Positions 1 to 8,096 of a DNA stretch of 32,000 bases are shown piece by piece; the first letter of the stretch is position 1; the number at the start of each line of letters is the position of its first letter. This DNA comes from Klebsiella phage vB_Kpl_K32PH164C1. A program made the translations under genes and the position numbers. Below the pieces are notes generated by a model that saw only the letters and a list, made by a program, of their open reading frames with translations, was not told the origin of the DNA and did no database searches. The stretch lies in sequence record OY979429.1; one strand, given 5' to 3'.

Positions 1-43
1 ACGTCATTTAACAGCCAGAGATGGCAAACTATAGGAGAAGCAA

Positions 44-235
44 ATGTTAACAGTTAAAGTAATGTCACCTAATGGTGGCGAAGAAATTCACGATGGTTCA
101 AGCGTTGGGTTTAACCCTAAGCAGAAGAGCATCTCTATTGCTGGCCTTGATCAGCATATCTTCCTGAAAGAAGATGAGGTAGCTTACGTTATGAATCAGA
201 ATGGTAAGACAGTATCTGTCTACCACGGTAGCTAA
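44..235 (+). CDS. small hypothetical protein (63 aa)
   Basis: ATG ORF with AGGAG about 6 nt upstream, same strand as neighbours. Confidence 0.75.
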   Translation: MLTVKVMSPNGGEEIHDGSSVGFNPKQKSISIAGLDQHIFLKEDEVAYVMNQNGKTVSVYHGS

Positions 236-239
236 TTCT

Positions 240-316
240 ATTCCCCGAGTGTTACTGGACAGCACGCCGGTCTCCAAAACCGTGCAGTAGGAGTTCGAGT
301 CTCCTGGGGTTTGCCA
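240..316 (+). tRNA. tRNA-Trp (anticodon CCA)
   Basis: Manual cloverleaf: acceptor 240-246/306-312, D stem GTGT/GCAC 249-252/262-265, anticodon arm 267-283 with loop CTCCAAA (CCA at 274-276), variable GCAGT, T arm AGGAG-TTCGAGT-CTCCT 289-305, discriminator G313, encoded CCA 314-316. Confidence 0.88.
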
Positions 317-332
317 ATTTAAAGGAGTGGTC

Positions 333-689
333 ATGATCACTTACAGCACCAATTTCATGGGGCCAATCTCCAACAATTGGTATATCCGTATGGGTGTTCC
401 CTATACGGAAGTAACCGAGACGAATCGTTTTGCAGATGGCGGGCAACTAACTCGAAAAGTATTTGCCAAACGATATGCCGGTGGTCGCATTGACGTTCGT
501 GGTACTGATGATTATTTCGGCCAGGAAATCGGTGTTCCGATTATGGAGGCCGAGTCTTGGAGTGAACTACAGCAGTTTCTCTGGACATTCTCGTCCGATA
601 AGGTTCTGACACTAGAGCAAATCGTACAGGCTCTAGAGGACGAGACAGGTTTTCGCATTGTTTGGTTTAAGGAGCCAGCATGTACATAG
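333..689 (+). CDS. hypothetical phage protein
   Basis: ORF immediately after the tRNA; ATG at 333 preferred (ORF track starts at an upstream GTG); AAAGGAG upstream. Confidence 0.75.
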   Translation: MITYSTNFMGPISNNWYIRMGVPYTEVTETNRFADGGQLTRKVFAKRYAGGRIDVRGTDDYFGQEIGVPIMEAESWSELQQFLWTFSSDKVLTLEQIVQALEDETGFRIVWFKEPACT

Positions 690-1060
690 ATCGTAACCAA
701 CTGTTCAGGTTCCTAGAACTTGACCTTCGTTGGCCTCTATCAGTCAATCCGGGACGAGCTACTGGCAAGACGTTTGAGGCTATTAATACAGCCTATGAGT
801 TTGCAGTATTTAAAGGTATTCAAGCAGTATACGTAGCATCCGGTGTCCGTGAAATGGCACGCCTAGAGAAGAAGTATAATGAGCTTCAACCTCATGTTAA
901 AATTACAACGTATAGCATGTTAGAACCCTACCGTATAGGTCGTCGATTCAGCTGCATTATGTTTGACGAACCTAGCTTGGCTATTAAGCATGGCGCAAAT
1001 GGTTACGTCTCTCGTATAGCCAGAGAAAACCAGTGTCCTGTAATAATTTTTGGAGAATAA
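680..1060 (+). CDS. small P-loop NTPase-like protein (Walker A GRATGKT, Walker B-like CIMFDEPS)
   Basis: ORF 126 aa with AAGGA upstream; motifs read directly in the translation. Confidence 0.65.
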   Translation: MYIDRNQLFRFLELDLRWPLSVNPGRATGKTFEAINTAYEFAVFKGIQAVYVASGVREMARLEKKYNELQPHVKITTYSMLEPYRIGRRFSCIMFDEPSLAIKHGANGYVSRIARENQCPVIIFGE

Positions 1061-1061
1061 A

Positions 1062-1229
1062 GTGGAACAAGAATTTCAAGTCTTCGTAGACGCCTCTAAG
1101 AGAATTTTATTTATACAGGCCACCGATGAAGGTCATGGCCTGCAACTTTCCTTCGACTCTCTGGAGCAAATAAACCAGCTTGTTTTGAGAGCACAAAAAT
1201 CCTTAGAAGAGGATCGTCAAGATGTCTAA
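1062..1229 (+). CDS. small hypothetical protein (55 aa), GTG start
   Basis: Manual translation MEQEFQVFVDASKRILFIQATDEGHGLQLSFDSLEQINQLVLRAQKSLEEDRQDV; GGAG upstream; fills the gap between tracked ORFs. Confidence 0.6.
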   Translation: MEQEFQVFVDASKRILFIQATDEGHGLQLSFDSLEQINQLVLRAQKSLEEDRQDV

Positions 1230-1392
1230 CTGTATAGAAATCGATGAAAAGCGTCAACTGCTGATTCTGACTACACCATCTAATGGGCGGGTACCATTCA
1301 CATTTGCATCGATTGAAATGCTATATGATATGATCCCGGTTAAATATCGTCAACAACCAGAAAAGAATACTGAGGCACCTCCTGACCTCTAA
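1222..1392 (+). CDS. small hypothetical protein (56 aa)
   Basis: Manual translation MSNCIEIDEKRQLLILTTPSNGRVPFTFASIEMLYDMIPVKYRQQPEKNTEAPPDL; overlaps the previous stop. Confidence 0.6.
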   Translation: MSNCIEIDEKRQLLILTTPSNGRVPFTFASIEMLYDMIPVKYRQQPEKNTEAPPDL

Positions 1393-1394
1393 AC

Positions 1395-1429
1395 AAAAGC
1401 CCCTTGTCTCTTTGAGCGAGGGGCTTTTT
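1395..1429 (+). terminator. rho-independent terminator
   Basis: AAAAGCCCCT ... AGGGGCTTTTT hairpin with U tract. Confidence 0.85.
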
Positions 1430-1443
1430 CTTTATAAATTCAC

Positions 1444-1472
1444 TTGCAAAAATGCCAATTTTGCCGTATAAT
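1444..1472 (+). promoter_or_regulatory. sigma70-like early promoter TTGCAA-17-TATAAT
   Basis: -35 1444-1449, -10 1467-1472, followed by the shared leader TTTATAAATTGATGAGAGAGG. Confidence 0.85.
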
Positions 1473-1504
1473 AGATTTATAAATTGATGAGAGAGGTTTC
1501 CAAC

Positions 1505-1702
1505 ATGAAAGTAACAATGGAAAACACAGAAGAGTTTATCGCTATCTGTACTGCGTATGCAGATACGCTTCCACCTGAGGGCATGGACGACCACACAATG
1601 CAGTTAGTGGCCGATATTTACCGATTAGCAGAGTTAGCGAAAGAACAGCACAACAGACTGGTATACGTCAAAGAACGCCTCGAAATGATGGATAAGGAGT
1701 AA
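1505..1702 (+). CDS. hypothetical protein
   Basis: ATG at 1505 after GAGAGG; the upstream start in the track lies in the leader. Confidence 0.7.
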   Translation: MKVTMENTEEFIAICTAYADTLPPEGMDDHTMQLVADIYRLAELAKEQHNRLVYVKERLEMMDKE

Positions 1703-1705
1703 TCA

Positions 1706-1978
1706 ATGAACGAACTCAATGAACTGAATGAATTGCATTACGCCGAACGTGCTATTGACGAGCTGGATTTCGCTGGTGGTTATTATACCCGACACGTCAA
1801 CGCAATGACCGCCGAAGGGCTTAATAGTAAGTCTGCGATTGCTGCGGAGTTAGCAGTTCGGGACTTTGTTATTGATAGTCTCCAGAAGACTATTAGCAAC
1901 TTGAGCGAAAACAACAAAGCTGCTCTGGAAGCCCTGGATAAGCTGTCTAATCATCTTCTCGCATTGGGGATCAAATAA
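1706..1978 (+). CDS. hypothetical protein
   Basis: ORF with AAGGAG upstream, overlaps the next gene by 1 nt. Confidence 0.75.
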   Translation: MNELNELNELHYAERAIDELDFAGGYYTRHVNAMTAEGLNSKSAIAAELAVRDFVIDSLQKTISNLSENNKAALEALDKLSNHLLALGIK

Positions 1979-2520
1979 TGAATAAGCAATCTCTACGTGG
2001 TATCCGAGTCTTTCGTTCTAGCCTTGTTGATTCCTTCTACATCTGGGGCAAGGCAACTCGACGCACTGTTGAGCAAGCACTAGACGGTACGTTCTATGAT
2101 TGGCGAGAAAAAGAGCGAAACCCAGTATTCAACCGCCCAGGGCTGTATCACGATCGTGTGTCTAAGACAGCGTGGTACGAAATTGAAGTAACCCCTGGCG
2201 TTATCAGAGCATTCTATACGGATTGGGAGCACGAAAAGTGGGTTTGGGACAATCAGATTGCCCCCGGTGATCGTATTATGAACTACGCCGAATATAAAGA
2301 AATGGCACGCATGTTCGAGCTATACGATGTTCCTAGGCTGTCTCGCCCGGCTATCTTCATTGCTAGCCAAGAGTACTGGCATACTGTTCGTATGAAGCGT
2401 GATTTTAACAAGCATCACCTGCGCTATGAGAAAGAACACGGCACACTGCGGGAACGTGTAGCTAAGAGAAAAGCTGAGCTGCGTGAAAAACGTTTGGAGA
2501 AGAAATATGGTGAAAGCTAG
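1978..2520 (+). CDS. hypothetical protein with Arg/Lys/Glu-rich C-terminus (180 aa)
   Basis: Long ORF, translationally coupled TAATG. Confidence 0.8.
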   Translation: MNKQSLRGIRVFRSSLVDSFYIWGKATRRTVEQALDGTFYDWREKERNPVFNRPGLYHDRVSKTAWYEIEVTPGVIRAFYTDWEHEKWVWDNQIAPGDRIMNYAEYKEMARMFELYDVPRLSRPAIFIASQEYWHTVRMKRDFNKHHLRYEKEHGTLRERVAKRKAELREKRLEKKYGES

Positions 2521-2734
2521 TCTCTTACGCTTTACCCCTGGAGTTGGCCTCCAGTATAAAATTGTTGGAGGCCACAAGTTTCAATACTTCACCCCAGGTA
2601 AGCTCTACTTCGTCGAGCTACATGATAGTAGAGCAGGCTACAAAGTACGAAGCGACGCAAATGAGGGCATTTGGGTGAGCTTCACACAAGTTAAACGCTG
2701 GTTTACAGTTGAAGGATATAATGATTATGAGTAA
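2507..2734 (+). CDS. hypothetical protein
   Basis: ATG 2507 overlapping the upstream stop. Confidence 0.7.
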   Translation: MVKASLLRFTPGVGLQYKIVGGHKFQYFTPGKLYFVELHDSRAGYKVRSDANEGIWVSFTQVKRWFTVEGYNDYE

Positions 2735-3089
2735 AGTTGTATATTTCGTAAAATGCTGCCGTGACACCCTGGAGCTGGTCGATCACAAGATGCAGACTTG
2801 TAAATGCGGTGCTTCCTCAATAGATGGTGTTGCCGGAGCCTACGTCCGTTTTCTAGGCGACAAAAGTAACTTCATGCGTCTGAATGAGTTTCAGCTCGAA
2901 GTTGAGAAGAACCGACCAGCTTTAGAGGCAGAGGCCGAGCGTCTCAAAGATTTCGATGGGAACATCGTAGCATATAACATGGTAAGCGGTAAAGACTTCT
3001 GGTCTGAGCTGGCTGAAAAACTTAACATGCCGCGGCAGGCGGCTAAGGCTTTATATCATGGCTTCAACTATTCGCCACGTTGGAATTAA
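2727..3089 (+). CDS. hypothetical protein with N-terminal CC...CKCG (possible zinc site)
   Basis: ORF overlapping the upstream stop; start could be ATG 2721 or 2727. Confidence 0.7.
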   Translation: MSKVVYFVKCCRDTLELVDHKMQTCKCGASSIDGVAGAYVRFLGDKSNFMRLNEFQLEVEKNRPALEAEAERLKDFDGNIVAYNMVSGKDFWSELAEKLNMPRQAAKALYHGFNYSPRWN

Positions 3090-3324
3090 GTTTTCCAACA
3101 GTAACAGAACATATGTTTACCGCGTACCTAGTTATTGGAAATACTCCCCGGAGATAGGTGATGTGGTAGTCATACCAGGGAATGTTATGTTTAACAATCC
3201 TCGCCGCGCCAAAGTAGTAGAAGTGCATGGTATGTATGGTAAGCCAGAGTATAAAGAAAGAAAGAACATCTCTTATGTAGAGCTGCATGATTACTTACCG
3301 AAGGAGGAACGCAATGGACGATAA
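3058..3324 (+). CDS. hypothetical protein
   Basis: ORF, ATG 3058. Confidence 0.65.
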   Translation: MASTIRHVGIKFSNSNRTYVYRVPSYWKYSPEIGDVVVIPGNVMFNNPRRAKVVEVHGMYGKPEYKERKNISYVELHDYLPKEERNGR

Positions 3325-3619
3325 AATTGCTCGGGAAGCAATAGAACTTGTTCGTAAACGACTGGAAGAACGTAATGTCGAGGTGCCGAAAATAATGCTT
3401 ATTGGCTACGGCGGAATCGGCGGATTTCCCAGCTTCACTGATCTAGAAAGAATGGAACGAGAGTCCCAAGCCAGCTTTCTAGAGTTAGAATCCTACGCTC
3501 GGGAAATGGAACACGAACATCCGATTGGTAATAACTTTATGCCCCGTAGCTCCCGCCAGGAGGTTACTCACGGCAAGACTAATTCCTGGCCCACTCCGAA
3601 ACGCAGAGGTAGAAAATGA
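3314..3619 (+). CDS. hypothetical protein
   Basis: ATG 3314 with AAGGAGG upstream. Confidence 0.75.
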   Translation: MDDKIAREAIELVRKRLEERNVEVPKIMLIGYGGIGGFPSFTDLERMERESQASFLELESYAREMEHEHPIGNNFMPRSSRQEVTHGKTNSWPTPKRRGRK

Positions 3620-3825
3620 TTAGTACAGGTCTTGGATACTCTCACGAAGAATTGTGCAAAATGGTTGAAAGCGCTCCGTTTATTAAGAAGTTAGTCGAAG
3701 AGCAACGACCAGTGTGTTTACATGCAGCATGTACCAAATGTCATGGTACTGGTGTAGATAAGAACGGCAAGATGTGCGTACACGCACTGTCCTGCCCGTG
3801 TCCTAAGTGTAGCTGGAGCTGTTAA
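3616..3825 (+). CDS. small Cys-rich protein with DnaJ-like CxxCxGxG knuckle
   Basis: Overlaps upstream stop (ATGA); CTKCHGTG...CPCPKC in translation. Confidence 0.7.
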   Translation: MISTGLGYSHEELCKMVESAPFIKKLVEEQRPVCLHAACTKCHGTGVDKNGKMCVHALSCPCPKCSWSC

Positions 3826-3826
3826 T

Positions 3827-4264
3827 ATGGATCTAGGATATTGTGTAGTCCATGAATTCATGGAGCAGGGGTTGCCGGATCGTATTTGCGTTGTAACCTC
3901 TCGTAATCTGGAAGCAGCCCAATCACTAGTGGAGCGACTCTCTGGCTACTATCGTGACCATGAACGTTACCAGCAGAAAGTATTTGACCTGACAAAACTG
4001 TACCATCAAAAAGCTCTGGATATGCCAACTCCACAGCTGGACGATCTCAAGCAGTTTAGTCCTGAGGCCTGGTATAGCGTCAAAGACGCCAGTCCGGTAG
4101 ACTATACCGTACAGGTATTCTCGCATTATGGTACTCGTCACTGGATAAATCGCAAGTGGGATACCATGGTTGACTACCTTAATTCGGAACTCGAAAAAGG
4201 AGCTGCCGAATACAAAAGAAAGCGTGCCGAAGCCAAAGTATTGAAAAATTCAGTTGCATTGTAG
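3827..4264 (+). CDS. hypothetical protein (145 aa)
   Basis: ORF with ATG directly after the upstream stop. Confidence 0.75.
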   Translation: MDLGYCVVHEFMEQGLPDRICVVTSRNLEAAQSLVERLSGYYRDHERYQQKVFDLTKLYHQKALDMPTPQLDDLKQFSPEAWYSVKDASPVDYTVQVFSHYGTRHWINRKWDTMVDYLNSELEKGAAEYKRKRAEAKVLKNSVAL

Positions 4265-4282
4265 GCGATTTTTCGATATAAT
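4254..4282 (+). promoter_or_regulatory. early promoter TTGCAT-17-TATAAT
   Basis: -35 4254-4259, -10 4277-4282, then ACATAAATTGATAGGGAGAG leader. Confidence 0.85.
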
Positions 4283-4310
4283 AGTTACATAAATTGATAG
4301 GGAGAGCTTC

Positions 4311-4634
4311 ATGAGCAAACTAAGTATTGAAAGCATTATCCGCCCGTTAATGCACGGGTATGTACAAGGTTCCTGTGTAAGCGAAACTGAAGCTCTCAAT
4401 GTTATCGAAGAAGAGCTGGTGGCTAACGGGTATAACCTTCACGAAGGTGTTATCGAGGATCTCTTCTGGCAGACCGCGGAAGATATGGAGATCTTTCGGT
4501 GCGTGAATTGTGGGTGGTGGTGTCCTGCTTTTGAAAGGGCAGAGAACCAAATAGAAGAAATCTGCCGGGACTGTGAGCCAGACCTCGAAGGTGAAGTTGA
4601 CGAACAAGATAACGAAGGTGAAGACTATGAGTAA
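4311..4634 (+). CDS. hypothetical protein with zinc-ribbon-like C-terminus (CVNCGWWC...CRDC)
   Basis: ORF after the promoter cassette with GGGAGAG. Confidence 0.75.
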   Translation: MSKLSIESIIRPLMHGYVQGSCVSETEALNVIEEELVANGYNLHEGVIEDLFWQTAEDMEIFRCVNCGWWCPAFERAENQIEEICRDCEPDLEGEVDEQDNEGEDYE

Positions 4635-4899
4635 GCGTTCAATTGCAGCAATCATCGTGTTCAGCATGATGTACTCCGGAGTATCTCTGGCCGCAGAGCG
4701 TAACAAAGTAGAGATCTCTGATAATGGGCGTGTTCGTGTGACAACGAACGGGATTACTAAAGAAGCTGGTAAGTTTCGTAAATCCGAAACCCGTTTTGGA
4801 GAAACTAAGATCTACACTAACAAAACCTACGGCAAGCCCGCTGTGACCCTGGACCGCTATGGTCGTCAGGTAGAAGATGAGGATGATAGCGATGAGTAA
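4627..4899 (+). CDS. small secreted/periplasmic protein (N-terminal signal peptide, AAERN cleavage-like site)
   Basis: ATG 4627; MSKRSIAAIIVFSMMYSGVSLAAERN. Confidence 0.7.
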   Translation: MSKRSIAAIIVFSMMYSGVSLAAERNKVEISDNGRVRVTTNGITKEAGKFRKSETRFGETKIYTNKTYGKPAVTLDRYGRQVEDEDDSDE

Positions 4900-5326
4900 C
4901 CTCCATCCTAAACTTCAGGAGACCCTAGACTGGATTAATGAGGAGTGCGCTTTTGAGGAAGCTCCTTACTGTGTCTGGGCAAGAGCTGGTGCAGCACCCT
5001 CAGAGTGGTGCACTGTATTTGACAATCGCTACCGGATAACCGTTGAACTAAGTCTAAAAGAGGACAAAGTATACGCTAAAGCCTCTATGACCGCTCTAGG
5101 ATTATCCGGGTTCGTGGAGATGCAAGAGCTTTGTATGCCTAACTCCCACCTTAGGGTTCAGATCGAGCAGTTGGCAACAATTCGTTTGATGTTGCCAGAA
5201 GATAACATCAATGACCATTTCCATAAGGTTATTGAAAATGAATACAAACTACGGCGGCAACGTCGCAAAGCACGACGGGAAGTAGAGAAGACTCGGATGA
5301 TGTGTAACATGAATCCACACGTATAA
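4892..5326 (+). CDS. hypothetical protein
   Basis: ATG 4892 overlapping the upstream stop. Confidence 0.75.
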   Translation: MSNLHPKLQETLDWINEECAFEEAPYCVWARAGAAPSEWCTVFDNRYRITVELSLKEDKVYAKASMTALGLSGFVEMQELCMPNSHLRVQIEQLATIRLMLPEDNINDHFHKVIENEYKLRRQRRKARREVEKTRMMCNMNPHV

Positions 5327-5445
5327 TGGTAGGGCCGTTATAGGAGTCACCTTCCTGTTCCTATCCGGAGTCGTGCCCGCGATGAACGAAGTGGTGAGTT
5401 GGTCGCTGACCATTAACTAATTCAAAGACAAACTGAGGAAGCAAA

Positions 5446-5838
5446 ATGTTTACTTTATTTATACTGGCAGTATCAGCGTGGATGGCAGTTGGTATCAATC
5501 ATGGTCTGGACTCTGCTAAGCTGCTGTCAGCTAAAGCCTTCGAGTTCCTGGCTAAGTTTGCCACCCGTAAAGATATCGAGGTCATCATCGCAAAAGGCGG
5601 TGCCAAAGATGCATCGAGTGTCCTGAAGTCCTTCGATAAGATCCTGGAGCTTCGTAACGGTAAGCATGCCGCAGAGCTACGCTGTATGAGTCGCAAGACC
5701 ATCGGCAGACTGTGTAAGGCCATCTTCATCGTACAGGGGGCGTTGAAAGGCCCGTTCGCTAAGTATAAACCGGATAGTATCAAGCGAGCCAAGATCTTTA
5801 ACGATTACTGTGTGGAACACCACCCGTTAAATCGCTAA
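5446..5838 (+). CDS. hypothetical protein with N-terminal membrane/signal segment
   Basis: ATG 5446 with TGAGGA upstream. Confidence 0.75.
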   Translation: MFTLFILAVSAWMAVGINHGLDSAKLLSAKAFEFLAKFATRKDIEVIIAKGGAKDASSVLKSFDKILELRNGKHAAELRCMSRKTIGRLCKAIFIVQGALKGPFAKYKPDSIKRAKIFNDYCVEHHPLNR

Positions 5839-5846
5839 CTACCCAA

Positions 5847-5879
5847 GCCCGACATCGAAAGGTGTTGGGCTTTTCTTTT
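5847..5879 (+). terminator. rho-independent terminator
   Basis: AAGCCC...GGGCTT hairpin followed by TTCTTTTTT. Confidence 0.7.
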
Positions 5880-5890
5880 TTAAAAATTAC

Positions 5891-5919
5891 TTGCACTCTC
5901 GCTTAAAATGTTGTATAAT
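5891..5919 (+). promoter_or_regulatory. early promoter TTGCAC-17-TATAAT
   Basis: -35 5891-5896, -10 5914-5919, leader TTTTATAAATGAGAGGAG. Confidence 0.85.
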
Positions 5920-5946
5920 GGTTTTATAAATGAGAGGAGAACAAAG

Positions 5947-6660
5947 ATGCGTATTATCTCTAAAGTTAAAGATGTATATGACCTGCAGGGCACCATGTAC
6001 GACGCAGAACGCGTTTGGTATCGGGAAGAGATTAAGCAGGTTGTGAACGTACCGGCAGATTTCGAACAGATCATTTTCTATGCCAATCTGTTTGAGACTG
6101 TGAAGAACGGTAAGTTTGGGGTCTACCAGGTGGGAACCCTAGAGATTCGTCCGGTTCTGATTTGCGGTACATTACGTTGGCTATACGGGTATCATACATA
6201 CCGCCCTAACGGTGGTAACACCTGGATTGGCTATCACTTCCAAACCTTCGAGCCTGCCAAAGTTATCGAACTGATGGAAGAAGAGGGCTTATCCGTCCGT
6301 TTGGGTTGGGAAACTAATACAATCGAAAAGATCGACGCTTATGTGCGTAACGCAACTGCTACGGCTTCTGCGTTCCTAGAGACCTTCAACAAGCCCATCG
6401 CGATGGCATGGGATGCTGCAAAGTCTAAGACAGACCCAACGATTAATATTACCGTTAAAACTGATTTCAACTTCCATGCGGAAGATTTCCCGTGGCAGGA
6501 AATTGATCCAAACCTGTATCGCTGGCACCAGACCTTAGAATCATATATCTTCGGTGTGCTGGGTCAAGGGGAACCAAAGACCGAATCTACGTCTGATCGT
6601 GATCGGTTAATTGCTAAGGGCTTCGATGCTAAAGTTTCTTTCAGGAATATGGAGCGGTAA
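5947..6660 (+). CDS. hypothetical protein (237 aa)
   Basis: ATG 5947 after GAGAGGAG. Confidence 0.8.
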   Translation: MRIISKVKDVYDLQGTMYDAERVWYREEIKQVVNVPADFEQIIFYANLFETVKNGKFGVYQVGTLEIRPVLICGTLRWLYGYHTYRPNGGNTWIGYHFQTFEPAKVIELMEEEGLSVRLGWETNTIEKIDAYVRNATATASAFLETFNKPIAMAWDAAKSKTDPTINITVKTDFNFHAEDFPWQEIDPNLYRWHQTLESYIFGVLGQGEPKTESTSDRDRLIAKGFDAKVSFRNMER

Positions 6661-7087
6661 GACTGGAGCAATTCTGTTTCTGGCAATTGCAGCAGGCACC
6701 TTCGGGGGTGCCTACTACATTACCAATAAGCTAACAGATATGTCCAGTTCTTTACAGTCCCTATCAAACCGTAATGAACAACTAGAAAAGACAGTTGGTA
6801 ATCTCCAAACAGAGATTCGAAATCGAGATCGCAACACCACTACCTACATAACCAACCTAGCTAAGAACCAGGAAGATTTAGATGGACGTATTAATAAACT
6901 GGATGCAGCTAGAGCCAAAGAGGGCGTGGTTGCCGCTAAACCTAAACTTGCTACCAAGGTGGCAAAAGACAAAGTTAATGAGTTCCAGGAGAGACTTTCA
7001 TGCGTAACTGGAAATATGGACTCCTGCTCTCGGCTGCAATCATCGCATCCGGGTGTGCAGAACGGCCAGACCCAAGTAGCACAGTAA
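6626..7087 (+). CDS. putative inner-membrane spanin (Rz-like): N-terminal TM plus coiled coil
   Basis: ATG 6626 with AAGGG upstream; TM GAILFLAIAAGTFGGAYYI followed by heptad-rich region; overlaps a downstream lipoprotein ORF. Confidence 0.6.
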   Translation: MLKFLSGIWSGKTGAILFLAIAAGTFGGAYYITNKLTDMSSSLQSLSNRNEQLEKTVGNLQTEIRNRDRNTTTYITNLAKNQEDLDGRINKLDAARAKEGVVAAKPKLATKVAKDKVNEFQERLSCVTGNMDSCSRLQSSHPGVQNGQTQVAQ

Positions 7088-7329
7088 CGGGGATAGAGCC
7101 GCAACACCTACCGTGGCCAGCAAGCCTACAGACTTGCCCGTTTAATTTTGAGTTCATAAACGAAGAAGGGAAAGTGTATGTTCGCATACCTTACCAGGAT
7201 TGGATTACAATGGGCAAGTGTAATGAGCAGGTCTACACCTATATTGCCAATCTGACTGCATTAACGTGTACCTATCGCGTGTCACTTAATGAATATCGTT
7301 GCAAACCGTTCAATAAGGAAACAAAATGA
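7000..7329 (+). CDS. putative outer-membrane spanin lipoprotein (Rz1-like)
   Basis: Signal peptide with lipobox IASGC at residue 18; starts out of frame inside the i-spanin candidate. Confidence 0.6.
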   Translation: MRNWKYGLLLSAAIIASGCAERPDPSSTVTGIEPQHLPWPASLQTCPFNFEFINEEGKVYVRIPYQDWITMGKCNEQVYTYIANLTALTCTYRVSLNEYRCKPFNKETK

Positions 7330-8087
7330 AATACGTTTTAGGATTAGTTGGTGATGCCGGCGCAGGCAAAGACACCTTTGCTGACATGGCTAAGGTTTGG
7401 GCCTGGGAAGTCCTCGGTCCAGAGTATTCTATCAGTAAATTCAGTTTTGCGGCTCCAGTTTACGAACTCGCGGCTGTAATCCTTGGAGTCACGCCAGAAA
7501 AGCTGGCAGAGCGCAGGACAAAAGAGATTAAGCAGTGGTTTTGGGTGACTCAGGAAGCCCTCGAGCGTACTGCTAACGTCTGGAAGCGTTTTGGAATCGA
7601 CAAGTATGCCGATTTCTCTTACGTTTGGCCTCAGTTTGAAGCGTCAGCACTATATCCGCTGATTGCTAAGACTGCTCCAGACTTTTATCAGGGTCACGAG
7701 ACCCCGCTGTACCCATTATACACGTCCCCTCGTAAAATGCTAGAATTTGTTGGCACGGAGTTAGGACGCGCTCTGGTGGATGAGAACTTGTGGTTGAATA
7801 TTGTGGTCGATCGTATCACAGCTACCAAAGCTGACATTAGTATTATTTCTGATGTTCGTTTTGATAATGAAGCCGCTCTAGTTCGGAACTTCCCCGGTGC
7901 GCAGAACTCTAGTATTCTTAAAGTTCATGCCCCTAACAACATCCACGCTATTCAATCTACTCATGCCTCTGCTAGAGGTGTTGCACCGGAGTTTATTGAT
8001 GATGTGGTCACAAATAACTTTGACGGACTGGAAAATTTCCGTAAAAATGTAAACGCGTTTTGCGACGAGAGGATTCTCTTTATATAA
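7326..8087 (+). CDS. dnk: deoxynucleoside monophosphate kinase
   Basis: P-loop GDAGAGKDTFAD at N-terminus, 253 aa, next to the spanin/Clp/lysis genes as in T5. Confidence 0.85.
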   Translation: MKYVLGLVGDAGAGKDTFADMAKVWAWEVLGPEYSISKFSFAAPVYELAAVILGVTPEKLAERRTKEIKQWFWVTQEALERTANVWKRFGIDKYADFSYVWPQFEASALYPLIAKTAPDFYQGHETPLYPLYTSPRKMLEFVGTELGRALVDENLWLNIVVDRITATKADISIISDVRFDNEAALVRNFPGAQNSSILKVHAPNNIHAIQSTHASARGVAPEFIDDVVTNNFDGLENFRKNVNAFCDERILFI

Positions 8088-8096
8088 GGTAACAAT

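Noticed and set aside
6611-6625. TTG start for the i-spanin ORF
   Set aside because: ATG at 6626 has a good AAGGG at 5-nt spacing and yields a cleaner signal-anchor.
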